Of a DNA stretch of 64,000 nt, positions 1-16,300 are shown piece after piece. Every line of letters begins with the position of its first letter. Within the stretch, counting starts at the first letter, position 1. The DNA is from Euprymna scolopes (lineage: Eukaryota), in NCBI GenBank assembly GCA_053919585.1, contig JBSSHM010000055.1. One strand, given 5' to 3'. The notes below the pieces were generated by a model. The model did no database searches and was not told where the DNA came from. It was given only the letters and a program-made list of their open reading frames with translations. The translations under genes were made by a program, and so were the position numbers.

Positions 1-3000
1 ATATCGTTTTTGTATTATTCCGTTGAATAGTGAATAGTCAGATTATGTATTGATATCGTTTTTGTATTATTCCGTGAATAGTGAATAGTCAGATTATGTA
101 TTGATATCGTTTTTGTATTATTCCTTTGAATAGTGAATAGTCAGATTATGAATTGATATAGTTTTTGTATTATTCCGTCGAATAGTGAATAGTCAGATTA
201 TGTATTGATATCGTTTTTGTATTATTCCGTTGAATAGTGAATAGTAAGATTATGTATTGATATCGTTTTTGTATTATTCTGTTGAATAGTGAATAGTCAG
301 ATTATGTATTAATATCGTTTTTGTATTATTCTGTTGAATAGTGAATAGTAAGATTATGTATTAATATCGTTTGTGTATTATTCCGTTGAATAGTTAATAG
401 TCAGATTATATATTGATATCGTTTTTGTATTATTCCGTTGAATAGTGAATAATCAGATTATGTATTAATATCGTTTTTGTATTATTCCGTTGAATAGTGA
501 ATAGTAAGATTATGTATTGATATCGTTTTTGTATTTTTCTATTAAATAGTGAATAGTAAGATTAAGTATTGATATCGTTTTTGTATTATTCCGTTGAATA
601 GTGAATAGTCAAATTATGTATTGATATCGCTTTTGTATTTTTCTGTTGAATAGTGAATAGTCAGATTATGTATTGATATCGTTTTTGTATTATTCCTTTG
701 AATAGTGAATAGCAAGATTATTCATTGATATCGTATTTGTATTATTCTGTTGAATAGTGATTAGTAAGATTATGTATTGATATCGTTTTTGTATTATTCC
801 GTTGAATAGTGAATAGTCAGATTATGTATTGATATCGTTTTTGTATGTTTCTGTTGAATAGTTAATAGTAAGATTATGTATAGATATCGTTTTTGTATTA
901 TTCCGTTGAATAGTGAATAGTAAGATTATGTTTTGATATCGTTTTTGTATTATTCCGTTGAATAATGAATAGTCAGATTATGTATTAATATTGTTTTTGT
1001 ATTATTCCGTTTAATAGTGAATAGTCAGATTATGTATTGATATCGTTTTTGTATTTTTCTGTTGAATAGTGAATAGTAAGATTATGTATTGATATCGTTT
1101 TTGTATAATTCTGTTTAATAGTGAATAGTCAGATTATGTATTAATATCGTTTTTGTATTATTCCGTTGAATAGTGAATAGTCAGATTATGTATTGATATC
1201 GTTTTTGTATTATTCCGTTGAATAATGAATAGTCAGATTATGTATTGATATCGTTTTTGTATTATTCCTTTGAATAGTGAATAGTCCGATTATGTATTGA
1301 TATCATTGTTGTATTATTCTGTTGAATAGTGAATAGTCAGATTATGTATTGATATCGTTTTTGTATTATTCTGTTGAAAAGTTAATAGTAAGATTATGTA
1401 TTGATATCGTTTTTGTATTATTCTGTTGAATAGTGAATAGTCAGATTATGTATTGATATCGTTTTTGTATTATTCTGTTGAAAGGTGAATAGTCAGATTA
1501 TGTATTGATATCGTTTTTGTATTATTCTGTTGAATAGTGAATAGTCAGATTATGTATTGATATCGTTTTGGTATTATTCTGTTGAATAGTGAATAGAAAG
1601 ATTATGTATTCATATCGTTTTTGTATTATTCTGTTGAATAGTGAATAGTCAGATTATGTATTGATATCGTTTTTGTATTATTCTGTTGAATAGTGAATAG
1701 TCAGATTATGTATTGATATCGTTTTTGTATTTTTCCGTTGAATAGTGAATAGTCAGATTATGTATTGATATCGTTTTTGTATTAGTCCGTCGAATAGTGA
1801 ATAGTCAGATTATGTATTAATATCGTTTTTGTATTATTCCGTTGAATAGTGAATAGTAAGATTATGTATTGATATCGTTTTTGTAATATTCCGTTGAATA
1901 GTGAATAGCAGGTTATGTATTGATATCGTTTTTGTATTATTCTGTTGAATAGTGAATAGTCATATTATGTATTAATATCGTTTTTGTATTATTCTGTTGA
2001 ATAGTGAATAGCAATATTATGCATTGATATCGTTTTTGTATTATTCTGTTGAATAGTGAATAGTAAGATTATGTATTAATATCGTTTTTGTATTATTCCT
2101 TTGAATAGTGAATAGTCCGATTATGTATTGATATCATTGTTGTATTATTCTGTTGAATAGTGAATAGTCAGATTATGTATTGATATCGTTTTTGTATTAT
2201 TCTGTTGAATAGTGAATAGTCAGATTATGTATTGATATCGTTTTTGTATTATTTTGTTGAATAGTGAATAGTCAGATTATGTATTGATATCGTTTTTTTA
2301 TTATTCGTTTGAATAGTGAATAGTCAGATTATGTATTGATATCGTTTTTGTATTATTCTGTTGAATAGTGAATAGTCAGATTATGTATTGATATCATTGT
2401 TGTATTATTCCATTGAATAGTGAATAGTAAGATTATGTATTGATATCGTTTTTGTATTATTCCTTTGAATAGTGAATAGTAAGATTATGTATTGATATCG
2501 TTTTTGTATTATTCGTTTGAATAGTGAATAGCAGGTTATGTATTGATATCGTTTTTGTATTATTCTGTTGAATAGTGAATAGTAAGATTATGTATTGATA
2601 TCGTTTTTGTATTATTCCGTTGAATAGTGAATAGTCAGATTATGTATTGATATCGTTTTTGTATTATTCTGTTGAATAGTGAATAGTCATATTATGTATT
2701 AATATCGTTTTTGTATTATTCTGTTGAATAGTGAATAGTAAGATTATGTATTGATATCGTTTGTGTATTATTCCGTTGAATAGTGAATAGTAAGATTATG
2801 TATTGATATCGTTTTTGTATTATTCTGTTTAAAAGTGAATAGTCAGATTATGTATTGATATCGTTTTTGTATTATTCTGTTGAATAGTGAATAGTCAGAT
2901 TATGTATTAATATCGTTTTTGTATTATTCCTTTGAATAGTGAATAGTCCGATTATGTATTGATATCATTGTTGTATTATTCTGTTGAATAGTGAATAGTC

Positions 3001-6000
3001 AGATTATGTATTGATATCGTTTTTGTATTATTCTGTTGAATAGTGAATAGTCAGATTATGTATTGATATCGTTTTTGTATTATTTTGTTGAATAGTGAAT
3101 AGTCAGATTATGTATTGATATCGTTTTTGTATTATTCTGTTGAATAGTGAATAGTAAGATTATGTATAGATATCATTGTTGTATTATTCCGTTGAATAGT
3201 GAATAGTAAGATTATGTATTGATATCGTTTTTGTATTATTCTGTTGAATAGTGAGGATTCAGATTATGTATTGATATCGTTTTTGTATTATTCTGTTGAA
3301 TAGTGAATAGTAAGATTATGTATTGATATCGTTTTTGTATTATTCTGTTGAATAGTGAAGAGTCAGATTATGTATTAATATCGTTTTTGTATTAATCCTT
3401 TGAATAGTGAATTGTAATATTATGTATTGATATCGTTTTTGTATTATTCCGTTGAATAGTGAATAGTCAGATTATGTATTGATATCGTTTTTGTATTATT
3501 CCTTTGAATAGTGAATAGTAAGATTATGTATTGATATCGTTTTTTATTATTCCGTTGAATAGTGAATAGTCAGATTATGTAATGATATCGTTTTTGTATT
3601 ATTCCGTTGAATAGTGAATAGTCAGATTATGTAATGATATCGTTTTTGTATTATTCCGTGGAATAGTGAATAGTCAGGTTATGTATTGATATAGTTTTTG
3701 TATTATTCCGTTTAATAGTGAATAGTAAGATTATGTATTGATATCGTTTTTGTATTATTCCTTTGAATAGTGAATAGTAAGATTATGTATTAATATCGTT
3801 TTTGTATTATTCTGTTGAATAGTGAATTGTCAGATTATGTATTGATATCGTTTTTGTATTATTCCGTTGAAAAGTGAATTGTCAGATTATGTATTGATAT
3901 CGTTTGTGTATTATGTCTTTTAATAGTGAATAGTCAGATTATGTATTGATATCGTTTTTGTATTATTCCGTTGAATAGTGAATAGTCAGATTATGTATTG
4001 ATATCGTTTTTGTATTTTTCTGTTGAATAGTGAATAGTAAGATTATGTATTGATATCGTTTTTGTATTATGCCTTTTAATAGTGAATAGTCAGATTATGT
4101 ATTGATATTGTTTTTGTATTATTCCGTTGAATAGTGAATATTCAGATTATGTATTGATATCGTTTTTGTATTTTTCTGTTGAATAGTGAATAGTAAGATT
4201 ATGTATTAATATCGTTTTTGTATTATTTCGTTGAATAGTGAATAGTCAGATTATGTATTGATATCGTTTTTGTATTTTTCTGTTGAATAGTGAATAGTCA
4301 GATTATGTATTGATATCGTTTTTGTATTATTCCGTTGAATAGTGAATAGTAAGATTATGTATTGATATCGTTTTTGTATTATTCCGTTGAATAGTGAATA
4401 GTCAGATTATGTATTGATATCGTTTTTGTATTATGCCTTTTAATAGTGAATAGTCAGATTATGTATTGATATCGTTTTTGTATTATTCCGTTGAATAGTG
4501 AATAGTCAGATTATGTATTGATATCGTTTTTGTATTTTTCTGTTGAATAGTGAATAGTAAGATTATGTATTGATATCGTTTTTGTATTATTCCTTTGAAT
4601 AGTGAATAGTCAGATTATGTATTGATATCGTTTTTGTATTTTTCTGTTGAATAGTGAATAGTAAGATTATGTATTGATATCGTTTTTGTATTATTCCGTT
4701 GAATAGTGAATAGTCAGATTATGTATTGATATCGTTTTTGTATTTTTCTGTTGAATAGTTAATAGTAAGATTATGTATTGATATCGTTTTTGTATTATTC
4801 CGTTGAATAGTGAATAGTCAGATTATGTATTGATATCGTTTTTGTATTATTCTGTTGAATAGTGAATAGTCAGATTATGTATTGATATCGTTTTTGTATT
4901 ATTCTGTTGAATAGTGAATAGTCAGATTATGTATTGATATCGTTTTTTTATTATTCGTTTGAATAGTGAATAGTCAGATTATGTATTGATATCGTTTTTT
5001 TATTATTCCTTTGAATAGTGAATAGTCAGATTATGTATTGATATCGTTTTTGTATTTTTCTGTTGAATAGTGAATAGTAAGATTATGTATTAATATCGTT
5101 TTTGTATTATTCCCTTGAATAGTGAATAGTAAGATTATGTATTGATATCGTTTTTGTATTTTTCTATTAAATAGTGAATAGTAAGATTATGTATTGATAT
5201 CGTTTTTGTATTATTTCGTTGAATAGTGAATAGTCAAATTATGTATTGATATCGCTTTTGTATTTTTCTGTTGAATAGTGAATAGACAGATTATGTATTG
5301 ATATCGTTTTTGTATTATTCCTTTGAATAGTAGATAGTCAGATTATGTATTGATATCGTTTTTGTATTATTCCTTTGAATAGTGAATAGCAAGATTATTC
5401 ATTGATATCGTATTTGTATTATTCTGTTGAATAGTGAATAGTCAGATTATGTATTGATATCGTTTTTGTATTTTTCTGTTGAATAGTGAATAGTAAGATT
5501 ATGTATTGATATCGTTTTTTTATTATTCTGTTGAATAGTGAATAGTCAGATTATGTATTGATATCGTTTTTGTATTATTCTGTTTAATAGTGAATAGTCA
5601 GATTATGTATTGATATCGTTTTTGCATTATTCCGTTGAATAGTGAATAGTCAGATTATGTATTGATATCGTTTTTGTATTATTCCGTTGAATAGTGAATA
5701 GTCAGATTATGTATTGATATCGTTTTTGTATTATTCTGTTGAATAGTGAATAGTCAGATTATGTATTAATATCGTTTTTGTATTATTCCGTTGAATAGTG
5801 AATAGTCAGATTATGTATTGATATCGTTTTTGTATTATTCCGTTGAATAGTGAATAGTCTGATTATGTATTGATATCATTGTTGTATTATTCTGTTGAAT
5901 AGTGAATAGTCAGATTATGTATTGATATCGTTTTTTTATTATTCTGTTGAATAGTGAATAGTCAGATTATGTATTGATATCATTGTTGTATTATTCTGTT

Positions 6001-9000
6001 GAATAGTGAATAGTCAGATTATGTATTGATATCGTTTTTGTATTATTCTGTTGAAAAGTGAATAGTCAGATTATGTATTGATATCGTTTTTGTATTATTC
6101 TGTTGAATAGTGAATAGTCAGATTATGTATTGATATCGTTTTTGTATTATTCTGTTGAAAAGTGAATAGTCAGATTATGTATTGATATCGTTTTTAAATT
6201 ATTCTGTTGAATAGTGAATAGTCAGATTATGTATTGATATCATTTTTGTATTATTCTGTTGAGTAGTGAATAGAAAGATTATGTATTCATATCGTGTGTG
6301 TATTATTCTGTTGAATAGTGAATAGTCAGATTATGTATTGATATCGTTTTTGTATTATTCTGGTGAATAGTGAATAGTCAGATTATGTATTAATATCGTT
6401 TTTGTATTATTCTGTTGAATAGTGAATAGTCAGATTATGTATTGATATCGTTTTTGTATTATTCTGTTGAATAGTGAATAGTCAGATTATGTATTAATAT
6501 CGTTTTTGTATTATTCCTTTGAATAGTGAATAGTCAGATTATGTATTGATATCGTTTTTGTATTATTCCTTTGAATAGGGAATAGTCAGATTATGTATTG
6601 ATATCGTTTTTGTATTATGCTGTTGAATTGTGAATAGTTAGATTATGTATTGATATCGTTTTTGTATTATTCCGTTGAATAGTGAATAGTTAGATTATGT
6701 ATTGATATCGTTTTTGTATTATTCTGTTGAATAGTGAATAGTCAGATCATGTATTGATATCGTTTTTGTATTATTCCGTTGAATAGTGAATAGTCAGATT
6801 ATGTATTGATATCGTTTTTGTATTATTCCGTTGAATAGTGAATAGTCAGATTATGTATTGATATCGTTTTTGTATTATTCTGTTGAATAGTGAATAGTCA
6901 GATCATGTATTAATATCGTTTTTGTATTATTCGTTTGAATAGTGAATAGTCAGAATATGTATTGATATCGTTTTTGTATTATTCCGTTGAATAGTGAATA
7001 GTCAGATTATGTATTGATATCGCTTTTGTATTATTCGTTTGAATAGTGAATAGTCAGATTATGTATTGATATCGTTTTTGTATTATTCTGTTGAATAGTG
7101 AATAGTCAGATCATGTATTGATATCGTTTTTGTATTATTCTGTTGAATAGTGAATAGTCAGATCATGTATTAATATCGTTTTTGTATTATTCTGTTGAAT
7201 AGTGAATAGTCAGAATATGTATTGATATCGTTTTTGTATTATTCCGTTGAATAGTGAATAGTCAGATTATGTATTGATATCGCTTTTGTATTATTCGTTT
7301 GAATAGTGAATAGTCAGATTATGTATTGATATCGTTTTTTTATTATTCCTTTGAATAGTGAATAGTCAGATTATGTATTGATATCGTTTTTGTATTTTTC
7401 TATTAAATAGTGAATAGTAAGATTATGTATTGATATCGTTTTTGTATTATTTTGTTGAATAGTGAATAGTCAAATTATGTATTGATATCGCTTTTGTATT
7501 TTTCTGTTGAATAGTGAATAGACAGATTATGTATTGATATCGTTTTTGTATTATTCCTTTGAATAGTAGATAGTCAGATTATGTATTGATATCGTTTTTG
7601 TATTATTCCTTTGAATAGTGAATAGCAAGATTATTCATTGATATCGTATTTGTATTATTCTGTTGAATAGTGAATAGTCAGATTATGTATTGATATCGTT
7701 TTTGTATTTTTCTGTTGAATAGTGAATAGTAAGATTATGTATTGATATCGTTTTTGTATTATTCTGTTGAATAGTGAATAGTCAGATTATGTATTGATAT
7801 CGTTTTTGTATTATTCTGTTTAATAGTGAATAGTCAGATTATGTATTAATATCGTTTTTGTATTATTCCGTTGAATAGTGAATAGTCAGATTATGTATTG
7901 ATATCGTTTTTGTATTATTCCGTTGAATAGTGAATAGTCTGATTATGTATTGATATCATTGTTGTATTATTCTGTTGAATAGTGAATAGTCAGATTATGT
8001 ATTGATATCGTTTTTGTATTATTCTGTTGAAAAGTGAATAGTCAGATTATGTATTGATATCGTTTTTGTATTATTCTGTTGAATAGTGAATAGTCAGATT
8101 ATGTATTGATATCGTTTTTGTATTATTCTGTTGAAAAGTGAATAGTCAGATTATGTATTGATATCGTTTTTGTATTATTCTGTTGAATAGTGAATAGTCA
8201 GATTATGTATTGATATCCTTTTTGTATTATTCTGTTGAGTAGTGAATAGAAAGATTATGTATTCATATCGTGTGTGTATTATTCTGTTGAATAGTGAATA
8301 GTCAGATTATGTATTGATATCGTTTTTGTATTATTCTGTTGAATAGTGAATAGTCAGATTATGTATTAATATCGTTTTTGTATTATTCCTTTGAATAGTG
8401 AATAGTAAGATTATGTATTGATATCGTTTTTGTATTATTCCTTTGAATAGGGAATAGTCAGATTATGTATTGATATCGTTTTTGTATTATGCTGTTGAAT
8501 TGTGAATAGTTAGATTATGTATTGATATCATTGTTGTATTATGCTGTTGAATAGTGAAAAGTCAGATTATGTATTGATATCGTTTTTGTATTATTCCGTT
8601 GAATAGTGAATAGTCAGATCATGTATTAATATCGTTTTTGTATTATTCTGTTGAATAGTGAATAGTCAGAATATGTATTGATATCGTTTTTGTATTATTC
8701 CGTTGAATAGTGAATAGTCAGATTATGTATTGATATCGCTTTTGTATTATTCTGTTTAATAGTGAAGAGTCAGATTATGTATTAATATTGTTTTTGTATT
8801 ATTCCGTTGAATAGTGAATAGTCAGATTATGTATTGATATCGTTTTTGTATTATTCTGTTGAATAGTGAATAGTCAGATTATGTATTGATATCATTGTTG
8901 TATTATTCTGTTGAATAGTGAATAGTCAGATTATGTATTGATATCGTTTTTGTATTTTTCTGTTGAATAGTGAATAGTCAGATTATGTATTGTTATCGTT

Positions 9001-9020
9001 TTTGTATTATTCCGTTGAAT
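1..9020 (+). repeat. Large intra-array duplication, copy 1 (pairs with ~10394-20610)
   Basis: Rare variants recur in the same order: aattgatata 151/10544, attaagtatt 561/10954, attagtccgtcg 1781/11862, gtgaggattc 3251/13332, tcccttg 5111/15296, tggtgaatag 6361/16546, tgttatcg 8991/20581. Confidence 0.9.
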
Positions 9021-10393
9021 AGTGAATAGTAAGATTATGTATTAATATCGTTTTTGTATTATTCCGTTGAATAGTGAATAGTAAGATTATGTATTGATAT
9101 CGTTTTTGTATTATTCCGTTGAATAGTGAATAGCAGGTTATGTATTGATATCGTTTTTGTATTATTCCGTTGAATAGTGAATAGTCAGATTATGTAATGA
9201 TATCATTTTTGTATTATTCCGTTGAATACTGAATAGTCAGGTTATGTATTGATATCGTTTTTGTATTATTCTGTTGAATAGTGAATAGTAAGATTATGTA
9301 TTGATATCGTTTTTGTATTATTCCTTTGAATAGTGAATAGTCAGATTATGTATTGATATCGTTTTTGTATTATTCCGTCGAATAGTGAATAGTCAGATTA
9401 TGTATTGATATCGTTTTTGTATCATTCCGTTGAATAGTGAATAGTAAGATTATGTATTGATATCGTTTTTGTATTATTCCTTTGAATAGTGAATAGTCAG
9501 ATTATGTATTGATATCATTGTTGTATTATGCTGTTGAATAGTTAATAGTAAGATTATGTATTGATATCGTTTTTTATTATTCCGTTGAATAGTGAATAGT
9601 ACGATTATGTATTGATATTATTGTTGTATTATTCTGTTGAATAGTGAATAGTCAGATTATGTATTGATATCGTTTTTGTATTATTCTGTTGAATAGTGAA
9701 TAGTCAGATTATGTATTGATATCGTTTTTGTATTATTCTGTTGAATAGTGAATAGTCAGATTATGTATTGATATCGTTTTTGTATTATTCTGTTGAATAG
9801 TGAATAGTAAGATTATGTATTTATATCGTTTTTGTATTATTCTGTTGAATAGTGAATAGTCAGATAATGTATTGATATCGTTTTTGTATTATTCCGTTGA
9901 ACAGTGAATAGTAAGATTATGTATTGATATCGTTTTTGTATTATTCCGTGAATAGTGAATAGTCAGATTATGTATTGATATCGTTTTTGTATTATTCCGT
10001 CGAATAGTGAATAGTCAGATTATGTATTGATATCGTTTTTGTATTATTCCGTTGAATAGTTAATAGTAAGATTATGTATTGATATCGTTTTTGTATTATT
10101 CTGTTGAATAGTGAATAGTCAGATTATGTATTAATATCGTTTTTGTATTATTCTGTTGAATAGTGAATAGTCAGATTATATATTGATATCGTTTTTGTAT
10201 TATTCCGTTGAATAGTTAATAGTCAGATTATATATTGATATCGTTTTTGTATTATTCCGTTGAATAGTGAATAGTAAGATTATGTATTGATATCGTTTTT
10301 GTATTATTCTGTTGAATAGTGAATAGTCAGATTATGTATTGATATCGTTTTTGTATTATTCCGTTAAATAGTTAATAGTCAGATTATATATTG

Positions 10394-13300
10394 ATATCGT
10401 TTTTGTATTATTCCGTTGAATAGTGAATAGTCAGATTATGTATTGATATCGTTTTTGTATTATTCCGTGAATAGTGAATAGTCAGATTATGTATTGATAT
10501 CGTTTTTGTATTATTCCTTTGAATAGTGAATAGTCAGACTATGAATTGATATAGTTTTTGTATTATTCCGTCGAATAGTGAATAGTCAGATTATGTATTG
10601 ATATCGTTTTTGTATTATTCCGTTGAATAGTGAATAGTAAGATTATGTATTGATATCGTTTTTGTATTATTCTGTTGAATAGTGAATAGTCAGATTATGT
10701 ATTAATATCGTTTTTGTATTATTCTGTTGAATAGTGAATAGTAAGATTATGTATTAATATCGTTTGTGTATTATTCCGTTGAATAGTTAATAGTCAGATT
10801 ATATATTGATATCGTTTTTGTATTATTCCGTTGAATAGTGAATAATCAGATTATGTATTAATATCGTTTTTGTATTATTCCGTTGAATAGTGAATAGTAA
10901 GATTATGTATTGATATCGTTTTTGTATTTTTCTATTAAATAGTGAATAGTAAGATTAAGTATTGATATCGTTTTTGTATTATTCCGTTGAATAGTGAATA
11001 GTCAAATTATGTATTGATATCGCTTTTGTATTTTTCTGTTGAATAGTGAATAGTCAGATTATGTATTGATATCGTTTTTGTATTATTCCTTTGAATAGTG
11101 AATAGCAAGATTATTCATTGATATCGTATTTGTATTATTCTGTTGAATAGTGATTAGTAAGATTATGTATTGATATCGTTTTTGTATTATTCCGTTGAAT
11201 AGTGAATAGTCAGATTATGTATTGATATCGTTTTTGTATGTTTCTGTTGAATAGTTAATAGTAAGATTATGTATAGATATCGTTTTTGTATTATTCCGTT
11301 GAATAGTGAATAGTCAGATTATGTTTTGATATCGTTTTTGTATTATTCCGTTGAATAATGAATAGTCAGATTATGTATTAATATTGTTTTTGTATTATTC
11401 CGTTTAATAGTGAATAGTCAGATTATGTATTGATATCGTTTTTGTATTTTTCTGTTGAATAGTGAATAGTAAGATTATGTATTGATATCGTTTTTGTATA
11501 ATTCTGTTTAATAGTGAATAGTCAGATTATGTATTAATATCGTTTTTGTATTATTCCGTTGAATAGTGAATAGTCAGATTATGTATTGATATCGTTTTTG
11601 TATTATTCCGTTGAATAATGAATAGTCAGATTATGTATTGATATCGTTTTTGTATTATTCCTTTGAATAGTGAATAGTCCGATTATGTATTGATATCATT
11701 GTTGTATTATTCTGTTGAATAGTGAATAGTCAGATTATGTATTGATATCGTTTTTGTATTATTCTGTTGAATAATGAATAGTCAGATTATGTATTGATAT
11801 CGTTTTTGTATTTTTCCGTTGAATAGTGAATAGTCAGATTATGTATTGATATCGTTTTTGTATTAGTCCGTCGAATAGTGAATAGTCAGATTATGTATTA
11901 ATATCGTTTTTGTATTATTCCGTTGAATAGTGAATAGTAAGATTATGTATTGATATCGTTTTTGTAATATTCCGTTGAATAGTGAATAGCAGGTTATGTA
12001 TTGATATCGTTTTTGTATTATTCTGTTGAATAGTGAATAGTCATATTATGTATTAATATCGTTTTTGTATTATTCTGTTGAATAGTGAATAGCAATATTA
12101 TGCATTGATATCGTTTTTGTATTATTCTGTTGAATAGTGAATAGTAAGATTATGTATTAATATCGTTTTTGTATTATTCCTTTGAATAGTGAATAGTCCG
12201 ATTATGTATTGATATCATTGTTGTATTATTCTGTTGAATAGTGAATAGTCAGATTATGTATTTATATCGTTTTTGTATTATTCTGTTGAATAGTGAATAG
12301 TCAGATTATGTATTGATATCGTTTTTGTATTATTTTGTTGAATAGTGAATAGTCAGATTATGTATTGATATCGTTTTTTTATTATTCGTTTGAATAGTGA
12401 ATAGTCAGATTATGTATTGATATCGTTTTTGTATTATTCTGTTGAATAGTGAATAGTCAGATTATGTATTGATATCATTGTTGTATTATTCCATTGAATA
12501 GTGAATAGTAAGATTATGTATTGATATCGTTTTTGTATTATTCCTTTGAATAGTGAATAGTAAGATTATGTATTGATATCGTTTTTGTATTATTCGTTTG
12601 AATAGTGAATAGCAGGTTATGTATTGATATCGTTTTTGTATTATTCTGTTGAATAGTGAATAGTAAGATTATGTATTGATATCGTTTTTGTATTATTCCG
12701 TTGAATAGTGAATAGTCAGATTATGTATTGATATCGTTTTTGTATTATTCTGTTGAATAGTGAATAGTCAAATTATGTATTAATATCGTTTTTGTATTAT
12801 TCTGTTGAATAGTGAATAGTAAGATTATGTATTGATATCGTTTGTGTATTATTCCGTTGAATAGTGAATAGTAAGATTATGTATTGATATCGTTTTTGTA
12901 TTATTCTGTTTAAAAGTAAATAGTCAGATTATGTATTGATATCGTTTTTGTATTATTCTGTTGAATAGTGAATAGTCAGATTATGTATTAATATCGTTTT
13001 TGTATAATTCCTTTGATTAGTGAATAGTCCGATTATGTATTGATATCATTGTTGTATTATTCTGTTGAATAGTGAATAGTCAGATTATGTATTGATATCG
13101 TTTTTGTATTATTCTGTTGAATAGTGAATAGTCAGATTATGTATTGATATCGTTTTTGTATTATTTTGTTGAATAGTGAATAGTCAGATTATGTATTGAT
13201 ATCGTTTTTGTATTATTCTGTTGAATAGTGAATAGTAAGATTATGTATAGATATCATTGTTGTATTATTCCGTTGAATAGTGAATAGTAAGATTATGTAT

Positions 13301-16300
13301 TGATATCGTTTTTGTATTATTCTGTTGAATAGTGAGGATTCAGATTATGTATTGATATCGTTTTTGTATAATTCTGTTGAATAGTGAATAGTAAGATTAT
13401 GTATTGATATCGTTTTTGTATTATTCTGTTGAATAGTGAAGAGTCAGATTATGTATTAATATCGTTTTTGTATTAATCCTTTGAATAGTGAATTGTAATA
13501 TTATGTATTGATATCGTTTTTGTATTATTCCGTTGAATAGTGAATAGTCAGATTATGTATTGATATCGTTTTTGTATTATTCCTTTGAATAGTGAATAGT
13601 AAGATTATGTATTGATATCGTTTTTTATTATTCCGTTGAATAGTGAATAGTCAGATTATGTAATGATATCGTTTTTGTATTATTCCTTTGAATAGTGAAT
13701 AGTCAGATTATGTAATGATATCGTTTTTGTATTATTCCGTTGAATAGTGAATAGTCAGATTATGTAATGATATCGTTTTTGTATTATTCCGTGGAATAGT
13801 GAATAGTCAGGTTATGTATTGATATAGTTTTTGTATTATTCCGTTTAATAGTGAATAGTAAGATTATGTATTGATATCGTTTTTGTATTATTCCTTTGAA
13901 TAGTGAATAGTAAGATTATGTATTAATATCGTTTTTGTATTATTCTGTTGAATAGTGAATAGTCAGATTATGTATTGATATCGTTTTTGTATTATTCCGT
14001 CGAATAGTGAATTGTCAGATTATGTATTGATATCGTTTTTGTATTATTCCGTTGAATAGTGAATTGTCAGATTATGTATTGATATCGTTTGTGTATTATG
14101 TCTTTTAATAGTGAATAGTCAGATTATGTATTGATATCGTTTTTGTATTATTCCGTTGAATAGTGAATAGTCAGATTATGTATTGATATCGTTTTTGTAT
14201 TTTTCTGTTGAATAGTGAATAGTAAGATTATGTATTGATATCGTTTTTGTATTATGCCTTTTAATAGTGAATAGTCAGATTATGTATTGATATTGTTTTT
14301 GTATTATTCCGTTGAATAGTGAATATTCAGATTATGTATTGATATCGTTTTTGTATTTTTCTGTTGAATAGTGAATAGTAAGATTATGTATTAATATCGT
14401 TTTTGTATTATTTCGTTGAATAGTGAATAGTCAGATTATGTATTGATATCGTTTTTGTATTTTTCTGTTGAATAGTGAATAGTCAGATTATGTATTGATA
14501 TCGTTTTTGTATTATTCCGTTGAATAGGTAATAGTAAGATTATGTATTGATATCGTTTTTGTATTATTCCGTTGAATAGTGAATAGTCAGATTATGTATT
14601 GATATCGTTTTTGTATTATGCCTTTTAATAGTGAATAGTCAGATTATGTATTGATATCGTTTTTGTATTATTCCGTTGAATAGTGAATAGTCAGATTATG
14701 TATTGATATCGTTTTTGTATTTTTCTGTTGAATAGTGAATAGTAAGATTATGTATTGATATCGTTTTTGTATTATTCCTTTGAATAGTGAATAGTCAGAT
14801 TATGTATTGATATCGTTTTTGTATTTTTCTGTTGAATAGTGAATAGTAAGATTATGTATTGATATCGTCTTTGTATTATTCCGTTGAATAGTGAATAGTC
14901 AGATTATGTATTGATATCGTTTTTGTATTTTTCTGTTGAATAGTTAATAGTAAGATTATGTATTGATATCGTTTTTGTATTATTCCGTTGAATAGTGAAT
15001 AGTCAGATTATGTATTGATATCGTTTTTGTATTATTCTGTTGAATAGTGAATAGTCAGATTATGTATTGATACTGTTTTTGTATTATTCTGTTGAATAGT
15101 GAATAGTCAGATTATGTATTGATATCGTTTTTTTATTATTCGTTTGAATAGTGAATAGTCAGATTATGTATTGATATCGTTTTTTTATTATTCCTTTGAA
15201 TAGTGAATAGTCAGATTATGTATTGATATCGTTTTTGTATTTTTCTGTTGAATAGTGAATAGTAAGATTATGTATTAATATCGTTTTTGTATTATTCCCT
15301 TGAATAGTGAATAGTAAGATTATGTATTGATATCGTTTTTGTATTTTTCTATTAAATAGTGAATAGTAAGATTATGTATTGATATCGTTTTTGTATTATT
15401 TCGTTGAATAGTGAATAGTCAAATTATGTATTGATATCGCTTTTGTATTTTTCTGTTGAATAGTGAATAGACAGATTATGTATTGATATCGTTTTTGTAT
15501 TATTCCTTTGAATAGTAGATAGTCAGATTATGTATTGATATCGTTTTTGTATTATTCCTTTGAATAGTGAATAGCAAGATTATTCATTGATATCGTATTT
15601 GTATTATTCTGTTGAATAGTGAATAGTCAGATTATGTATTGATATCGTTTTTGTATTTTTCTGTTGAATAGTGAATAGTAAGATTATGTATTGATATCGT
15701 TTTTTTATTATTCTGTTGAATAGTGAATAGTCAGATTATGTATTGATATCGTTTTTGTATTATTCTGTTTAATAGTGAATAGTCAGATTATGTATTGATA
15801 TCGTTTTTGCATTATTCCGTTGAATAGTGAATAGTCAGATTATGTATTGATATCGTTTTTGTATTATTCCGTTGAATAGTGAATAGTCAGATTATGTATT
15901 GATATCGTTTTTGTATTATTCTGTTGAATAGTGAATAGTCAGATTATGTATTAATATCGTTTTTGTATTATTCCGTTGAATAGTGAATAGTCAGATTATG
16001 TATTGATATCGTTTTTGTATTATTCCGTTGAATAGTGAATAGTCTGATTATGTATTGATATCATTGTTGTATTATTCTGTTGAATAGTGAATAGTCAGAT
16101 TATGTATTGATATCGTTTTTTTATTATTCTGTTGAATAGTGAATAGTCAGATTATGTATTGATATCATTGTTGTATTATTCTGTTGAATAGTGAATAGTC
16201 AGATTATGTATTGATATCGTTTTTGTATTATTCTGTTGAAAAGTGAATAGTCAGATTATGTATTGATATCGTTTTTGTATTATTCTGTTGAATAGTGAAT